DNA from: Squalus acanthias
Lineage: Eukaryota
Assembly (NCBI GenBank): GCA_030390025.1
Contig: CM059432.1
Location: 98,148,001 to 98,212,000 of the forward strand
Reading direction: 5' to 3'
DNA length: 64,000 nucleotides
Numbering within the stretch: position 1 is the stretch's first letter; every line of letters begins with the position of its first letter. Shown here one piece after another: positions 1-13,002 of the stretch. The notes beneath the pieces are model-generated. The model was given only the letters and a program-made list of their open reading frames with translations. It was not told the DNA's origin and did no database searches. Both the position numbers and the translations under genes were made by a program.

Positions 1-1599
1 GTAAATAACAGATGGATACTCATTACAACTCTATGGAAAATGGGCACAGGCCACTGAATCACAACTGAACAAGGAAAGGGAGATTGTGAAACTCATACTA
101 CATTGGAGCATTTCTTGGTTTCTCGCAGAGGCCTCTGAATAAAAACAGAAGGTACCATCCATCAGTCATGCCTGGTAATTAGAAGGTTGTGTAGAAACCA
201 TTTTAGCAAGTTGGTTCCCCTGTTACCGTGATTGAATAAAGATGCAGACACTGACATTCTTGGGGTAGCTGAGGGCGGTGTAATAGTGAACTGGCAGTAG
301 TGGTCAGAATTTGGGGCCATACTCTTATTTCCATCATTTATGCTCTTAGAAATGCTGGACACCAACAACTTTGCCAGGACCATAGGCGGGGACTGGGGGT
401 GCATATTTGCAAATTCAAAGGTTGATTTTGATCATGTAATCAATCACCAAAACAGGCAGAAGAAGGAAACAGAGAGCTTTATAACAATTTTTGTTACCTT
501 AGCACAGTCCCGTGGGTCTGTTGGGGTTATGGTAAGGTGCTACAGCAAAATTGCTTCCCCCAACGAGCTCAGGTGGGTTCAACAATTGCACTGAGAATGG
601 CATAGGTCACTGCTCTGAACATTGAAATGACCCTGGCCTTTGAATTTTGGATGGGATTAGACACATTAGCTGCTGGCAGAAGGAAGTTCTGTCCCACCTT
701 CCTCCCACATAAGGCCTTCCCAGGAATGTCAAGATCTGTGTTCTTTAGTTGAAGTGATTTAAACACGAACTAGTAAGCAACAAATTAAGATCTACCATGC
801 AACTGCTAACTGTCAGCATATATTTTAAGGCATTTAGAAAAGTTCCTACCATACAAACACCTATACCACCTGAATTCAGGAGGATGCCAAGCCTTACTTT
901 CATAATGCATTTTTTTGGAAGCTTTTGAAAGCAGAGCACCACCGGACAAAAATGAATTTCTTCAGCAAAACAATTATTCCTTGCTCCCTACAGACCAATT
1001 CTGAAAACCTTGCAAACCTTCATATTTTCAAAAAAAATTTTTTTTCTCACAATCTGAAAATGTGTCTTCAATCTACAATCCTATTTTCTGGCTCCTGGCA
1101 CTGGTGATTACCATGTCCTTCAGACAGGGAAAGAGTAGGATTTGATGCCAAAGGCAAGGACGTGTGAAAATAGCAGATCAACATTTAGCACAAAAGACTT
1201 CAGAATACATTTCAAGGAAATTGTAAAATACGGAATCCCTTTTCATCATAGCTGCAACCCAATGCTTTTCCAGGGGACGTCACATGACGACTAGTAATTC
1301 TGAAAACTGCTTCAATCCTAATACAGAAGGAGTGGTTATTTAGCTCTTGCTTATAGTCTCAACCATAGCTAGGTCAGAGAGGCACATGCATTTGTTCATC
1401 ATTATATATGAAAAAAAAGAACCTGGATTTTCAAATCAGGCAAGCCATAGTGCGTTGACCCTGCATGTAATGCCGGGGTCAGTAAGTACAGTGTGGAAAT
1501 TGAATGCTGCAGTAGGCTTTAAAGGCCAACAGCATCTTAAAGGTACCGGTTGTATTTTAAGATTTAGTTAACAGGAAGATTCTGCTACTGATGTACATC

Positions 1600-4250
1600 T
1601 GCAAAGAGTGGAGCTGGCTACAGCACAGCCCAGCTCTGTGATGGATCTGTAGCGATTCTGAAAGGAAGTGAAGCAGAGAAGTCAGCTCTCTTTGGCACTG
1701 ACTTCACCATGGCAGCAGCTCGGGAGGCAAAGGCAGGAGGTGGACAATGCCACTGTCTCCTCCGCAAACCATGCACAATGAAATGGTGCAAGGAAAAGTT
1801 CAAATACCATACCAGGTTAATCAAGGTAGAAGAACCCACCATGAGCTTCCATTAAGGCGATATACTAAGATAAAATGGCATACATGGTATTTACAATTAT
1901 TTTCCCCTCTGTAGAATTCGCAAAATTATTGCGATTTTATAAAAATAAGAAGGAGACATAAAGTTTCGTATAAACAGCTTTATTTCAGCAGAATGCTGTC
2001 AGGTTTCAAAACGGACACAAACAGCCTGTAAAATGGCCGCCACGCCTCGTGGCAGAAAGTTCTAGACTTTCAGTAGGCAAACAAGATGGCGTTCCAATAA
2101 ACATTTGTGCAAGATCGAAAAGATCCAACATGATGAGATAATGACAAGACGCGATGGGTTTACACTTTAAACATGAATACTGAAATCGGTCTCCCAGGTG
2201 CAAACAAGGGCTATTGTACTGAGCGATCAAGGACCCATCCAAAGACATTAATATGCAAAATCCCCACGACTCTACGATGAGAGAGCCGTTTGCGGGTACT
2301 CACAGCAAGCATTTGGATGCCCCAAAACCCCTCCAGGGAGACTACTAGCCGGTTCCACAATGGGAGAAATATTAACGGGTACTCAGACAGTTACGAGTGT
2401 CACCGAAACCCATTAAAGACTGAGATCACCCCATACAAGAAGTTTGAGTGCCAAAACCCTGACAAAAGATAGACATTAAGATTGGGCGGGAAAAAGAGGA
2501 ATTACAGCACTATAACTGTAAGGTATAACCGTCCATCTTTCTCTTGCTGCTTTGACTCGCTGGAAGGCTGCTGAACCTTTATTCTCTTGCCTGATGGCTC
2601 TGGACTCTGATCCGCTAGGATCAACCTCGTGGCTTGCCGTGAAGATCTGTGGAGAACTGGGCTGTGAGGCCTGGAAGCGGGCGCACCATCCCGAGAAGTC
2701 GGTAAACGGTGTTGGAACCGAAGGCCCGAGAGGAGATGAGATGAGATGAGATGAGAAGAGAAGAAGACGACAATACGTATCGCCACGGTCAGTAAGCCCC
2801 GACCGCGCCTATAGGTCGAATAAACACTTCTTCGAATTTTATCGGCTACTCCACAACTGGCCTAGGAAGACTCTTCTTCGAGTTCTATCGAACCGGTGTA
2901 GGGCACAGGAAGACTCTTTTTTGAGTAGTATCAGAACTCCGAGGGCAACACAGATCTTCATGACAGCAGACGGTCCAGCCTGCTAGCCGGAGCAGAAACG
3001 AGTAAACAAGTGGGGTACAGAGACCCCTGATCAACACGTGGATAGTCAGGCGCTGTGGTAAAAACATCCGAGCAGAGTTTCGGAATTCTCCGAGTTATCA
3101 CGAGTGGTGAGCATGAGTCTCGATCCTACAAATCTAGATTAGGACAGGTATTGATAGGGGAGGGTTTAAGTTTTAAGGATAATTATAATGTGTGTCCCCT
3201 TTTACGATGTGTCGTGCGCTCCTCGTTTCCCTAAAATTAGTTTCATAACTGTGTGTAAGATTGTACTGTCGTTAATCTGTGCTTATGACATGTATCTCGT
3301 AATCTTGAATAATATGCAATAAAGATTTTCCATTTCGCACTATTCAACCGGGTCTACCTGAGTTTTCTCTGCATTATTGCTCTCGCACCTAAGTCCAGTG
3401 TCAGAACCGTAAGGGCGAGTGGGTCGAACCACTCACAGGTGTCTAGTGTTACCAGGCTGGCTGGAGACCAGAACAGGCAACAAGGCCTAACCCCGCACTA
3501 GCACTCAGGCTAAGCACAGAGCCACAGGTCACCCCTTACACCTCACAACATCTTAAAGTACTTTCAAACCATACCATAAATGCCTAGTAGACAGTGGGGT
3601 GTCCTTTACACCCCCAACTGAAAATGTTCCTTCACACAGGTCCTTACAAGTAGGCAGCACAGAAGAATCCTCCCATTTACTGGAGCTTACTGTTGCAAGT
3701 ATATTTCCTTATTGTTGCTAAGGATTCCATGTTGACTACATGTCATTCTAACAAAAAAAAATCACTTCTTGAAGTATTCTTGCAGGAGAAGACAGCCATA
3801 ACAACTCTGGGAGATAGCTTACAGGAGGAGGACCTGTAGCTTTAAATTACTTATCAGATATGAGGAAGAAGCTCTTGAAATCTAGGGAAGAGGGGCCACA
3901 GAGGGTGCTGGAGGTAAGGAATTAGTCGAGCAGCTATCAACTTCTGCTTCTTTAGCAGTTTCTGCGGCTCTTCCTTCTTATCCTGTTCTCTTGTTCACCT
4001 ACTGTCAGCCAATCATATACTGAGGATCTTTACCACACCATTCCTGAAAGCTCTGTGAAGGCTGCTTCAGCAGGACACCATTCTAAGCTGTATCTATTTC
4101 CCCCTAGATGTGTCAGATGAAGGCAAGCCAGGCACCATTGCATCTGAGCATGCAAACACTTCACAGCATGCATCATTGCTCACTCCCTCCATCCCAAGCA
4201 CTAGCTCAGATACACTACATCAGGGGATTGAGGCCCGATTTTCTGATTGG
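1600..4250 (+). mobile_element. Very old Harbinger Myb/SANT-gene remnant, split by the solo LTR at 1910-3540
   Basis: Around 1781-1828 the sequence resembles the end of Myb exon 1 (TGCAAGGAAAAGTTC...AAGGTAGA). Around 3781-3920 it resembles exon 2 (CAG|GAGAAG...ACAGGAGGAGGACC) of better-preserved copies in this window. Boundaries are uncertain. Confidence 0.3.
1910..3540 (+). mobile_element. Solo LTR, family A, 1631 bp
   Basis: Starts TGTAGA and ends CCCCTTACA, with a 4-bp TSD CCTC (1906-1909, 3541-3544). AATAAA at 3318-3323. Colinear homolog on the minus strand at 45965-47551. Confidence 0.9.
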
Positions 4251-4726
4251 TTACGCTCTCTTTATGCTAGAAAATTGGGCATAACCAACCATAAAATCTA
4301 TCCTAAGGAATCCTTCCAGGTGAAGCATTGTTATATGAGAGCTAATTTTACAACTCTGATCTCTTATATTCCCGATATGTGCTTCCAGTAGGCAAAACTC
4401 CATGAATTTGGCAACGTTCTATGTTTATTTATCTATAAAATATGCTTGCATGCTCCATCATTGTGTATTTAACTCAAACTAGTTACACATTGTTTACAAT
4501 ATCACTGTATGAAGGAACAAAAACATGTTTAGTTCAGTATGTTGGACATCTTGAAGAGATATATGTTGGACATCTTGGGGAGGTAAGGGGTAACAGTCAA
4601 ACTCCTTTGTGTCTTGAAACAACAGGCTTTCCAGGACTTCCAATATAAACAGGATGACTTTGAAGTGTCATGCGGAGAAAGCATAGCTTGTCTTCTGATA
4701 TGTAAAGTGCTTGTGTAAGGAATATT

Positions 4727-6685
4727 GGGGGAGAATTCAGTTGGCTAGCGCCTCACATTAGCACCTGGCAGGGGGGCGCTAATGGGGCACTAATGGAGTA
4801 GCACCGGGGCAAGGCGAATCCAGCGCCGCACGTCAAATCCAGTTGCCCCTTAGCGCCGCCGCTAACAGTTAGCGCCTGGGGCTTTAGCGGCAGGCAGATC
4901 ATGATGTCAGTGAGCGTGCAACGCTCACTCAGCGCCCGATCTGCCAAATTGATTATCGCCCCCCCCTGCCTTTGCGGCTCGCCCACATTGCCCTTCATCC
5001 TGATGTGTGTACCACCCCAATCCCCTCACTCTGCCTTCCCAAGCCTACTCCTGCACATCATTCCTCACACCAGCCTACCTTGCAGGTGCACCCATCCCTC
5101 TTTGTCTATGCAACTGCTCACGTCCCCATCTGACTATCCACCACTGACACTCACCCTCATCCTAATGCAGTCATAGAATCATAGAAATAACGCTACAGAA
5201 GGAGGCCATTTGGCAATGTCACTCCACTGCCTCATAGTCACCCTCTATCGATGTAGGCCATCCATCCCCTACACTCATTCCATCACTCGCAGTCAAAGGT
5301 CTCTTGTTTCCCTCCTTGCAGGAGAAGAGAGTGCAGATCACGCGTGAGAGGCAGAGAACCGGAGGTGGCCCTCGGTAACGACACCACTGACCATGGCAGA
5401 GGAGGAGGCGCTGGAGATCAGCAGAGTTGCGGAGCTGCTGGCACTGAGAGATGGAGAAGGGAACCTTCCAGGTACCTGGTGACAAAATTAAATATCATAC
5501 AACCACATGGCATACAATAGTCACTCATGGTGACTTGATGTCAGAAGCCACTGAAATATGATCATGTGCATAATGGTAACTTAAAATATTCTGATCATAA
5601 CAGTTCTCATTCATCTCTTTACTCTCCCACAGGTCCATCAAGTGCCCCCCTCCCCCCCACACTGTCCAGAGGAAGCTACAGTCTCTGAGGGTGCGCCATC
5701 ACCAGACCCATGCACACCCAGCACCAGCGCAAATACGCACACATCAGTGGGTCCAGGGAGAGAGAGAGTAGTGTTGTCACCCAGTGTCTCACAGATCACA
5801 TGGGAGCAAGAGCAGATGGTGGAGACAGGGACAGCAGTAGAGAGTCCTCGTCGGAGGGTGCAGGATGATCCAAACAGTGCTCAGCTGGACGCAGATGCTG
5901 AATCTCGGGAGCCGTCGAAAAAGAGGATGATTCTTGAGGAGCAGCAACAAATGTGGGAAGCTCTAGTAGCTTTTCCAGCTGTGATGTGCTCGATTGTAGG
6001 GAGAATGGAGGAGTCCATCTCCAGCATGACCAGCATGATGTCGCAGGCGATGACTACAATGTGCTCTTCATTGGGAAGGGTGGCCACCTGCACGGAGCAT
6101 CAAATGAGCCAGTCAAACGAGTGCATGCTTGCTGTGAACAACAGCTTGCAGAGTCTGATTGCAGCCATATCTAGGATGGATAGAAGCCTAGAGTTGGCCG
6201 TTCATCACCCCACTGATGTGCAGCAAAGTGCTCTCCAGCTCCTTGCTAGCAGGGAAGTTCGGGTGGGCCGTGAGAGGGATGATGGTGAGAGGGGACATGG
6301 ATGTGGGGACTCTGTTCAAAGTGCTCCAACTTCTACCTGGAAAGTGGCCTTGTCAGTTGGAGTGAATGATAAGGCATTACTTAACCTCGAGCAATGAGTG
6401 TGTGTGACGGGAATGGTTTGGTCATTTTAGGACAGCTTGTGGTGGTGGGTGGGTGAAGTTGGTTCAGCATCTGGATGCCATAATGGGGGAACTGGTGCAA
6501 CTTAACTAAATTGTGCCATTATGAGGCCATCCTGGGCCTCCTGGGCAGCAATATGTGCCACTGTTGGTGCCATGTCCACTTCAGGTTCGTCCTCCTTCTT
6601 CTGCTTCACATCCTCCTCCTCGTGTTCCTCCTCATCCTCCTCCTTCTCCTCCAAAGAAGCTCTGCGCACTGTGCCTTGCTCCTTC
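4727..6685 (+). mobile_element. Internally deleted Harbinger element (Myb exons 2-3 on +, transposase 3' end on -)
   Basis: TIR-like GGGGGAGAATT at 4727 followed by GGCGC-rich subterminal sequence. ORF 5642-6397 closely resembles the Myb-gene exon 3 at 40376-41328. An acidic transposase C-terminal remnant lies at ~6500-6680. Confidence 0.8.
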
Positions 6686-7898
6686 TTTTTTTATTCATTT
6701 ATGGGATGTGGGCATCGCTGGCAACGCCAACATTTATTGGCCATCAAATTGCCCTTGAGAAGGTGGTGGTGAGCTGCCTTCTTGAACCGCTGCAGTCCAT
6801 GTGGTGAAGGTACTCCCACAGTGCTGTTAGGGAGGGAGTTCCAGGATTTTGACCCAGCGACAATGAAGGATCGGCGTTATACTTCTAAGTCAGGATGGTG
6901 CGTGACTTGGAGGGGAACTTGGAGGTGGTGGTGTTCCCATGCATCTGCTGCCCTTGTCCTTCTAGGTGGAAGAGGTCGTGGGTTTGGGAGGTGCTGCCGA
7001 AGAAGCCTTGGCGAGTTGCTGCAGTGCATCTTGTAGATGGTACACACTGCAGCCACGGTGCGCCGGTGGTGGAGGGAGTGAATCTTTGTGGTGGTGGATG
7101 GAGTGCCAATCAAGCGGGCTGCTTTGTCCTGGATGGTGTCGAGCTTCTTGAGTGTTGTTGGAGCTGCACTCATCCAGGCAAGTGGAGAGTATTCCATCAC
7201 ACTTCTTACTTGTGCCTTGTAGATGGTGGAAAGGCTCTGGGGAGTTAGGAGGTGAGACACTCGGAGCAGAATACCCAGCCTCTGACCTGCTCTTGTTGCC
7301 ACAGTACTTACGTGGCTGCTCCAGTTATGTTTCTGGTCAATGGTGACCCCCAGGATGTTGATGGTGGGGGTTTTGATGATGGTAATGCCGTTGAATGTCA
7401 AGGAGTGGTGGTTAGACCCTCTCTTGTTGGAGATAGCCATTGCCTGGCACTTGTGTGGCATAAAGGTTAACTGCCACTTATCAGCCCAAGCGTGAACGTC
7501 GTCCATGTCTTGTTGCATGCGGACATGGACTGCTTCATTATCTGAGGAGTTGTGAATGGCACTGAACACTGTGCAGTCATCAGCGAACATCCCCATTTCT
7601 GACCTTATGTTGGAGGGAAGGTCATTGATGAAGCAGCTGAAGTTAGTTGGGCCTAGGACACTGCCCTGAGGAACTCCTGCAGCGATGTCCTGGAGCTGTG
7701 ATGCTTGACCTCCAACCACCACAACCACCTTCCTTTGTGCTAGGTATGACTCCAGCCAGTGGATAGTTTCCCCCCGATTCCCATTGACTTCAGTTTTACT
7801 AGGGCTCCTTGATGCCACACTCGGTCAAGTGCTGCCTTGATGTCAAGGGCAGTCACTCTCACCTCACCTCTGGAATTCAGCTCCTTTGTCCATGTTTG
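6686..7898 (-). mobile_element. 5'-truncated CR1/L2-group LINE (RT C-terminal half and 3' tail)
   Basis: ORF 6877-7818 contains GVPQGSVLGP and FADD RT motifs. A-rich tail at ~6686-6700. Confidence 0.9.
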
Positions 7899-8612
7899 GG
7901 CTTAGCAGGCCAATTAAGGGAAAGCCGGTTGCAGAGAACGTCAACGTATGACGTTTCATCTGTCAAAAATTTTTGACAGATGAATTGTCATTGGTTGACA
8001 GCTCTGTGAAGCTGTCAAACAGTGACATTCTCTATAGTTTGATGAGGTCTTGAATTCAAGACCTCATCAAACCTCTTTCTTTCGCAGAAATGAGATGGTT
8101 GTTGCATTGGAGAATCCAACGGCCATCTGTCATCTCTACCACGGAGGTGTGAGACTCTCCGCATACCCACCAACTGAAGCCTGCAGGTAGAAACAAAGGT
8201 AAGTACAATTTTTCTAACACTTTCCACGTACCTGAGATACTCACCTCTCCACTCTTGCGCCCATCACTTACCTACACAGTGCACTTTTGCCCCCCGCCGA
8301 CCCCCGCAGACCCACTACTCGCCTCGGTGACCCTGACGGTGTAGGAGCCTTCGGGAAGCCCGCACTTGTGTGGGAAAAATGGAGATAAGCCTATTTTCTG
8401 CCTGTTAACTACCTGTTAACAGGTGGTTAAGTGGCTGTAATCCCTTCCCGCATCCAAGGAGACGGGACCTGGCGAGGGACGGCTACCCGCCTCCTGGCAA
8501 GATGGCACGGAAGCGGGTTGGGGGCGTGTTGGGCACCCGTCCCCAGATTCTGCCATTTTCCCGGCAGTCCCGCCTATATACCCGCCTCCCCAGGGCTGGC
8601 AAAATCGCGCCC
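7899..8612 (-). mobile_element. Non-autonomous Harbinger-type element, truncated
   Basis: Ends AAAATCGCGCCC, matching the TIR family of 33988-34831 and 35032-36988. Internal sequence is homologous, inverted, to 33988-34831. Confidence 0.7.
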
Positions 8613-8835
8613 AGACGACTATCTTATATTGATGGCCTCTAGTTTTGCTCTTCCCCACAAGTGGAAACATTCTCTCTGTATCCACGCTATCAAAACCTTT
8701 CATAATTTTAAAGACCTCTATTAGGACCTACTTTTTTCAAGAGAAATGAGACCCAGCCTGTTCATCCTTTCCTGATATGTATACCCTCGCATTTCTGGTA
8801 TCATCCTTGTAAATCTTCTCTGCACCCTTTCCATT
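8613..8835 (-). mobile_element. CR1 LINE fragment (ORF2 C-terminus)
   Basis: Translates to MKGFDSVDTERMFPLVGKSKTRGHQYKI, matching the ORF2 end of the full-length CR1. Confidence 0.8.
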
Positions 8836-9130
8836 GTGTCAGGATCATTGTAAGTTTTAAAAGGCACAAAGACTTTGCAAATGTAACAGTTTTTTTTTAT
8901 TTGTCAAAAGTTTTTTTTTTATTTAGTTGAAAGCTGCGAGAAGCTGTGTGACCCAAGCTGACATTGATTGATGATATCTGGGTTTGTCTTCTTTTGAAAT
9001 GCAAAAAATGAAGTCAAAGCAGCTGTGTTTGTTTTTTGCTTTCTAGTATCAGATTAATTCTGTTTTAATTCACTTTGCAACAACTTCTGCATTGCTGAGT
9101 GTAAACATTTTGGGTATTTTTAAATTTTAA

Positions 9131-9577
9131 GGGGGAACAATTCGTTTGATTTGCGCCTCCCATTAGCACCCTATTAGGGCGCTAACGGGGTGCAAAGCAA
9201 CTAGCGCCTGGGCGCGGCGTCCCGCTAACACCTCCGCGAAATTCTGCGGAGGTTAGCGGCGGCGGTAACCGTCAGCGCCCCTCGGCGCTGCGCCGCCGGC
9301 TGCAATCATCAGTAGCGCCCCCTGACTTACCGCTGGACGCTATGTCCGACAGGGTCACAGGGGCCTACCTGCGGCCGGGGCGGTGCAAATTAAAGGGAAG
9401 ATGCCGGGCGGCCATTTTTGTTGCTGGCCGCCTGCCAGCACCTGCTCGCTTTGCCATCCCCGGCCTTCTGTGCAGCCCCCCAGCGGAGTGCCGGCTGCGC
9501 GCACTCCGATCCCTGGTGGCCCAGCTGGGCCCCGGGTCATGCTGTGCTCGGCCCCTCCCCTTTAATAAGGGGAGGAA
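9131..9577. mobile_element. Harbinger terminal fragment
   Basis: TAA|GGGGGAACAATT...TTGCGCCTCCCATTAGC is homologous to the right end of 59040-63348 and to the start of 25551. Confidence 0.8.
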
Positions 9578-10012
9578 GGCCTGTAGTATCACATCCTTCC
9601 TGGAATGGGGTGACCAGAACTGTACACAGTACTTTCGCTGTGGCCTAACTAGTGTTTATACTGTTGAAGCATAACCTCCCTTCTCTTATATTCAATGCCT
9701 CGGCTAATAAAGGAAAGTATCCCGTATGCCTTCTTAACCACCTTATCTACCTGTCCTGCTACCTTAAGGGATCTGTGGACATGCACTCCAAGGTCCCTTT
9801 GTTCCTCTACACTTCTCAGTATCCTACCATTTATTGTGTATTCCCTTGCCTTGTTAGCCCTCCCCAAATTCATTATGTCACACTTCTCTGTATTGAATTC
9901 TATTTGCCACTTTTCTGCCCACCTGACCAGTCCATTGATATCTTCCTGCAGTCTACAGCTTTCATCCTCACTATCAACCAGACGGCCAAATTTTGTATCA
10001 TCTGCAAACTTC
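9578..10012 (-). mobile_element. CR1 LINE RT fragment
   Basis: KFADDTK at the upper end. ORF 9649-9873 reads EEQRDLGVHVHRSLKVAGQVDKVVKKAYG. Confidence 0.9.
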
Positions 10013-10259
10013 TTACATCAGTCTTAATTATAAGAACAGTCATTCCAGACTAGGAAATGTTTTGTTATTGTTGTGAAATAACTGCTATTGGTTATCATAA
10101 TAAATACCACTCATTGGTTATGCTTCTCCCTTCATATGACTAGCCTCAATTCTAAATTACTATACAATGCAATAACTTAATGGCTGGAATATTGTATGTA
10201 AACTCTTTGAGGTCCCAGGCTGAATTCACTGTATCTGAAGAGTTAACTGATTGGAACCA

Positions 10260-10683
10260 AGGCAGGGACAGGATATACCCAGGGATGGTGATGGAGGAGT
10301 CTGGGATGTTGGCTGAGAGGTATGATTCTGTCAGTATGACTATGTCAGGCTGTTGCTTGACTAGTCTGTGGGACAGCTCTCCCAATTTTGGCACAAGTCC
10401 TCAGATGTTAGTGAGGAGAACTTTGCAGGGTCAACTGGGCTGGGTATGCTTTTGTCGTGTTCGAAGCCGATGCCAAGGTTGATGCCGGGTGCTCTGTCTG
10501 GTTTTATTCTTATTATTGTTTTCTGTAGCTGTTTGGTACAACTGTGGGGCTTGCTAGGTCATTTCAGAGGGCAGTTATGAGTCAACCACATTGCTGTGGG
10601 TCTGCAGTCACATATAGGCCAGACCAGGTAAGGATGGCAGATTTCCTTCCCTAAAGGACATTAGTGAACTAGATGGGTTTTTA
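10260..10683 (-). mobile_element. LINE fragment (APE endonuclease N-terminus and upstream sequence)
   Basis: ORF 10152-10394 reads KLGELSHRLVKQQPDIVILTESYL...IPGY, a typical LINE endonuclease start. Confidence 0.8.
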
Positions 10684-11526
10684 TGGTAGTTCGATACAGA
10701 AGTCTTATGTGAGACAATTCTAAAAATATACAGATTTATTAAAGAACCGACATTTAATTTACAGTTGGTGAGTCAATCGCAACATTAACAGTTCCAAAAA
10801 GAGAAAGCTTTACAATCTTATTATCAGAGATCCTTACTCTCAAATCTTAACTTTGCTACAGTTTTACAGTTCTTAGTTTTATTCAGGATATCCACCAAAA
10901 TCAAATACAGTACCTTTGATCCCCGAGGTACAAAGAGTTGGAGACTTACAGAGCCGCCTCTGAAGCCTGAGAATCACTTTGCCCCTTTACAGTGAGTCTA
11001 CTATCCCATTTGAGAGTTCAATATTTATACCCTTTTCCAGTGGTATTTCCTTTAAGGTTTTCTGCTGATGTAAGCTAATTATCTCTAGTCATTTTTATGC
11101 TGACCCCTGCAATTCTTACAGTCACCTCAGCTGGTAGCATTACAGAATTGTGTCTCTTCTCTAGGTGTTCTAAGTTTACCATAAAAAACGGTGTAACAGC
11201 AGGTGCGTTTTTTACTTGATGTCATTTTTACGAAGGCAGATGTTTGTGCTTCTTTACGAAGTGTAAATTAGAACACCTTAACCAGGGTGAACTATTGTCT
11301 TGTTCCCAAAGGTCAGTCTGTCAGGAGCCTTTAACCTTCTGTTTCAATAAGGTTATTGATTCAGTCTCAACAACTATCTTATCTCTATAGCCAGAATGCT
11401 ATCACAGCTTTTCCATAGTTAGGTTTTTAGATTTCCAAACCCAGTTTGTCATGTTTTAATAAGGCCAGAATTCTTTCATAGAATGATGTATTTTTCTGAA
11501 TAGGTTTTATGGCTTATTCCTTCACA
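10684..11526 (-). mobile_element. Partial LTR (U3-R, no U5) related to the foamy-like provirus LTR
   Basis: Reverse complement begins TGTGAAGGAATAAGCCAT versus TGTAATGGAATAGCCAT. It shares ATTAAAACATGACAAACTGGG, the TATA region, AAGTTAAGATTTGAGA..AAGGATCTCTGATAA and AAATGTCGGTTCTTTAATAA with 51894-53373. Confidence 0.85.
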
Positions 11527-13002
11527 GAATGTCCAATCCTTTCTTGTTCATTTTTGTCTTTAATAGTCTTGAGTTAGGATCCAGTTCTTAGAAGGCTGTT
11601 GGAGAGGTGTAGACTAGTTAGAAGGAGAAAGATTCAAGAGGTATCCTACTGTTCATCTATTCTCTGTCTGTCTTCTGACTGAGCATCAATCTGTTGGCCT
11701 TAACAATGTCAGTTTAGCTGATTGATCTGCGATTGAGGAAGGTGTTTGCATTTGTTTTCTAATAGTGTATTAACCCTTGCTGGAAGCTTAAACTTTTTAT
11801 TCAGTAGGATCAAATTGGATTTGCAGCTTTTGTTTTATGTACACCTAAATGTTAGGCTCTCCAGTATTAAATTTAATTGTGAATTGTTACCCTTGTCTTA
11901 CATGTTCCTGAAACACTGCACTGTAATATGCCTTTCACACAATCTCTAGCACTGTCCTTGATTTTCTTACACTCAAATGCCACATTTTGGAAAAGCTCTG
12001 TGGTCCGTTGAGATTTCCATGCATTGACTATCTCTATGGGTTTCAGTTCTACACAGGTCACACCTCAGCTGAATAGCTAACCACCTGCTAAGGATTAAAT
12101 CTGCATCTCACGACAGCATGAATAAAATTCAGTGCATAATACCCACAGCGCTCATGGATCTACACAACTAAAACCTTGTCTTTTGGCCGTCAGTAAACGT
12201 CAATGAAATTGTTTGCTAAATTAATCATAGTATTTGAGTAGTTAATTAATTGAAAATGACATTAGTAATGCCCTTTTCTGTCACTGTTAGTATTACCGAT
12301 AATGAAGCCTAATTGATATAAATGCAGTTTATCTCACCTTTTATTTCCTTTAAGAGGCATACAGAACCTTCATTTTATAGTGTGGTTGCATGAAACTGTG
12401 TGTTCCTGTCTGTTAAGTAGCCAACAGCATAAACTTCACAATACACATATGTCTTATTCAGATGCTATACAAGTATTCTGCCTTTAGTTCTACTTTCATG
12501 TATTAAATGTTTTATCATAGTTTCCCCCCAAAACTTTACCTTCATCTGTGCAAAAAATCTTTGAAAATATACCAGTAAATTGGAAAATGTACTATACGTA
12601 TTAAAAAAAAAATTAGAATACAGTCTTTTGAAGCATATGAATAGCTTTCTTTGACTATATTATTTCACATACGGCCGTGGTCTTTAAATATAACATAGAA
12701 TCCATATTATTGTAATGCAGCAATTATCCAGACAATGAAGTTGTATGGAATGAAGCTGAGCATACCGGTCAACTGTTGCATTTTAACTGGGACGGCCTCA
12801 CATTAAGTTCCACTACTGAGAATAGCATCAGTGCAGCTTACTACTCTCAAATAAGGAAGTTAGTGAAGAGCGCAAAATACTACTTCTTACGGCCTCTGTG
12901 ACACCAAAACAGGTGCTTCAATGGTTTTAAAGAAAACATGCAGAACTTATTTAGTTATGTTATTAGTAGACACATGTTACATTTTGGGGTCTTTCTAACT
13001 TT

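Noticed and set aside
11526..11538. GATTGGACATTCT match to provirus ~57763-57775, suggesting internal sequence beside the partial LTR
   Set aside because: Only 13 bp, no extension and no PPT, so probably chance.
11873..12061. Possible host exon on the minus strand
   Set aside because: In-frame stop just upstream, no convincing acceptor, and no recognisable homology.
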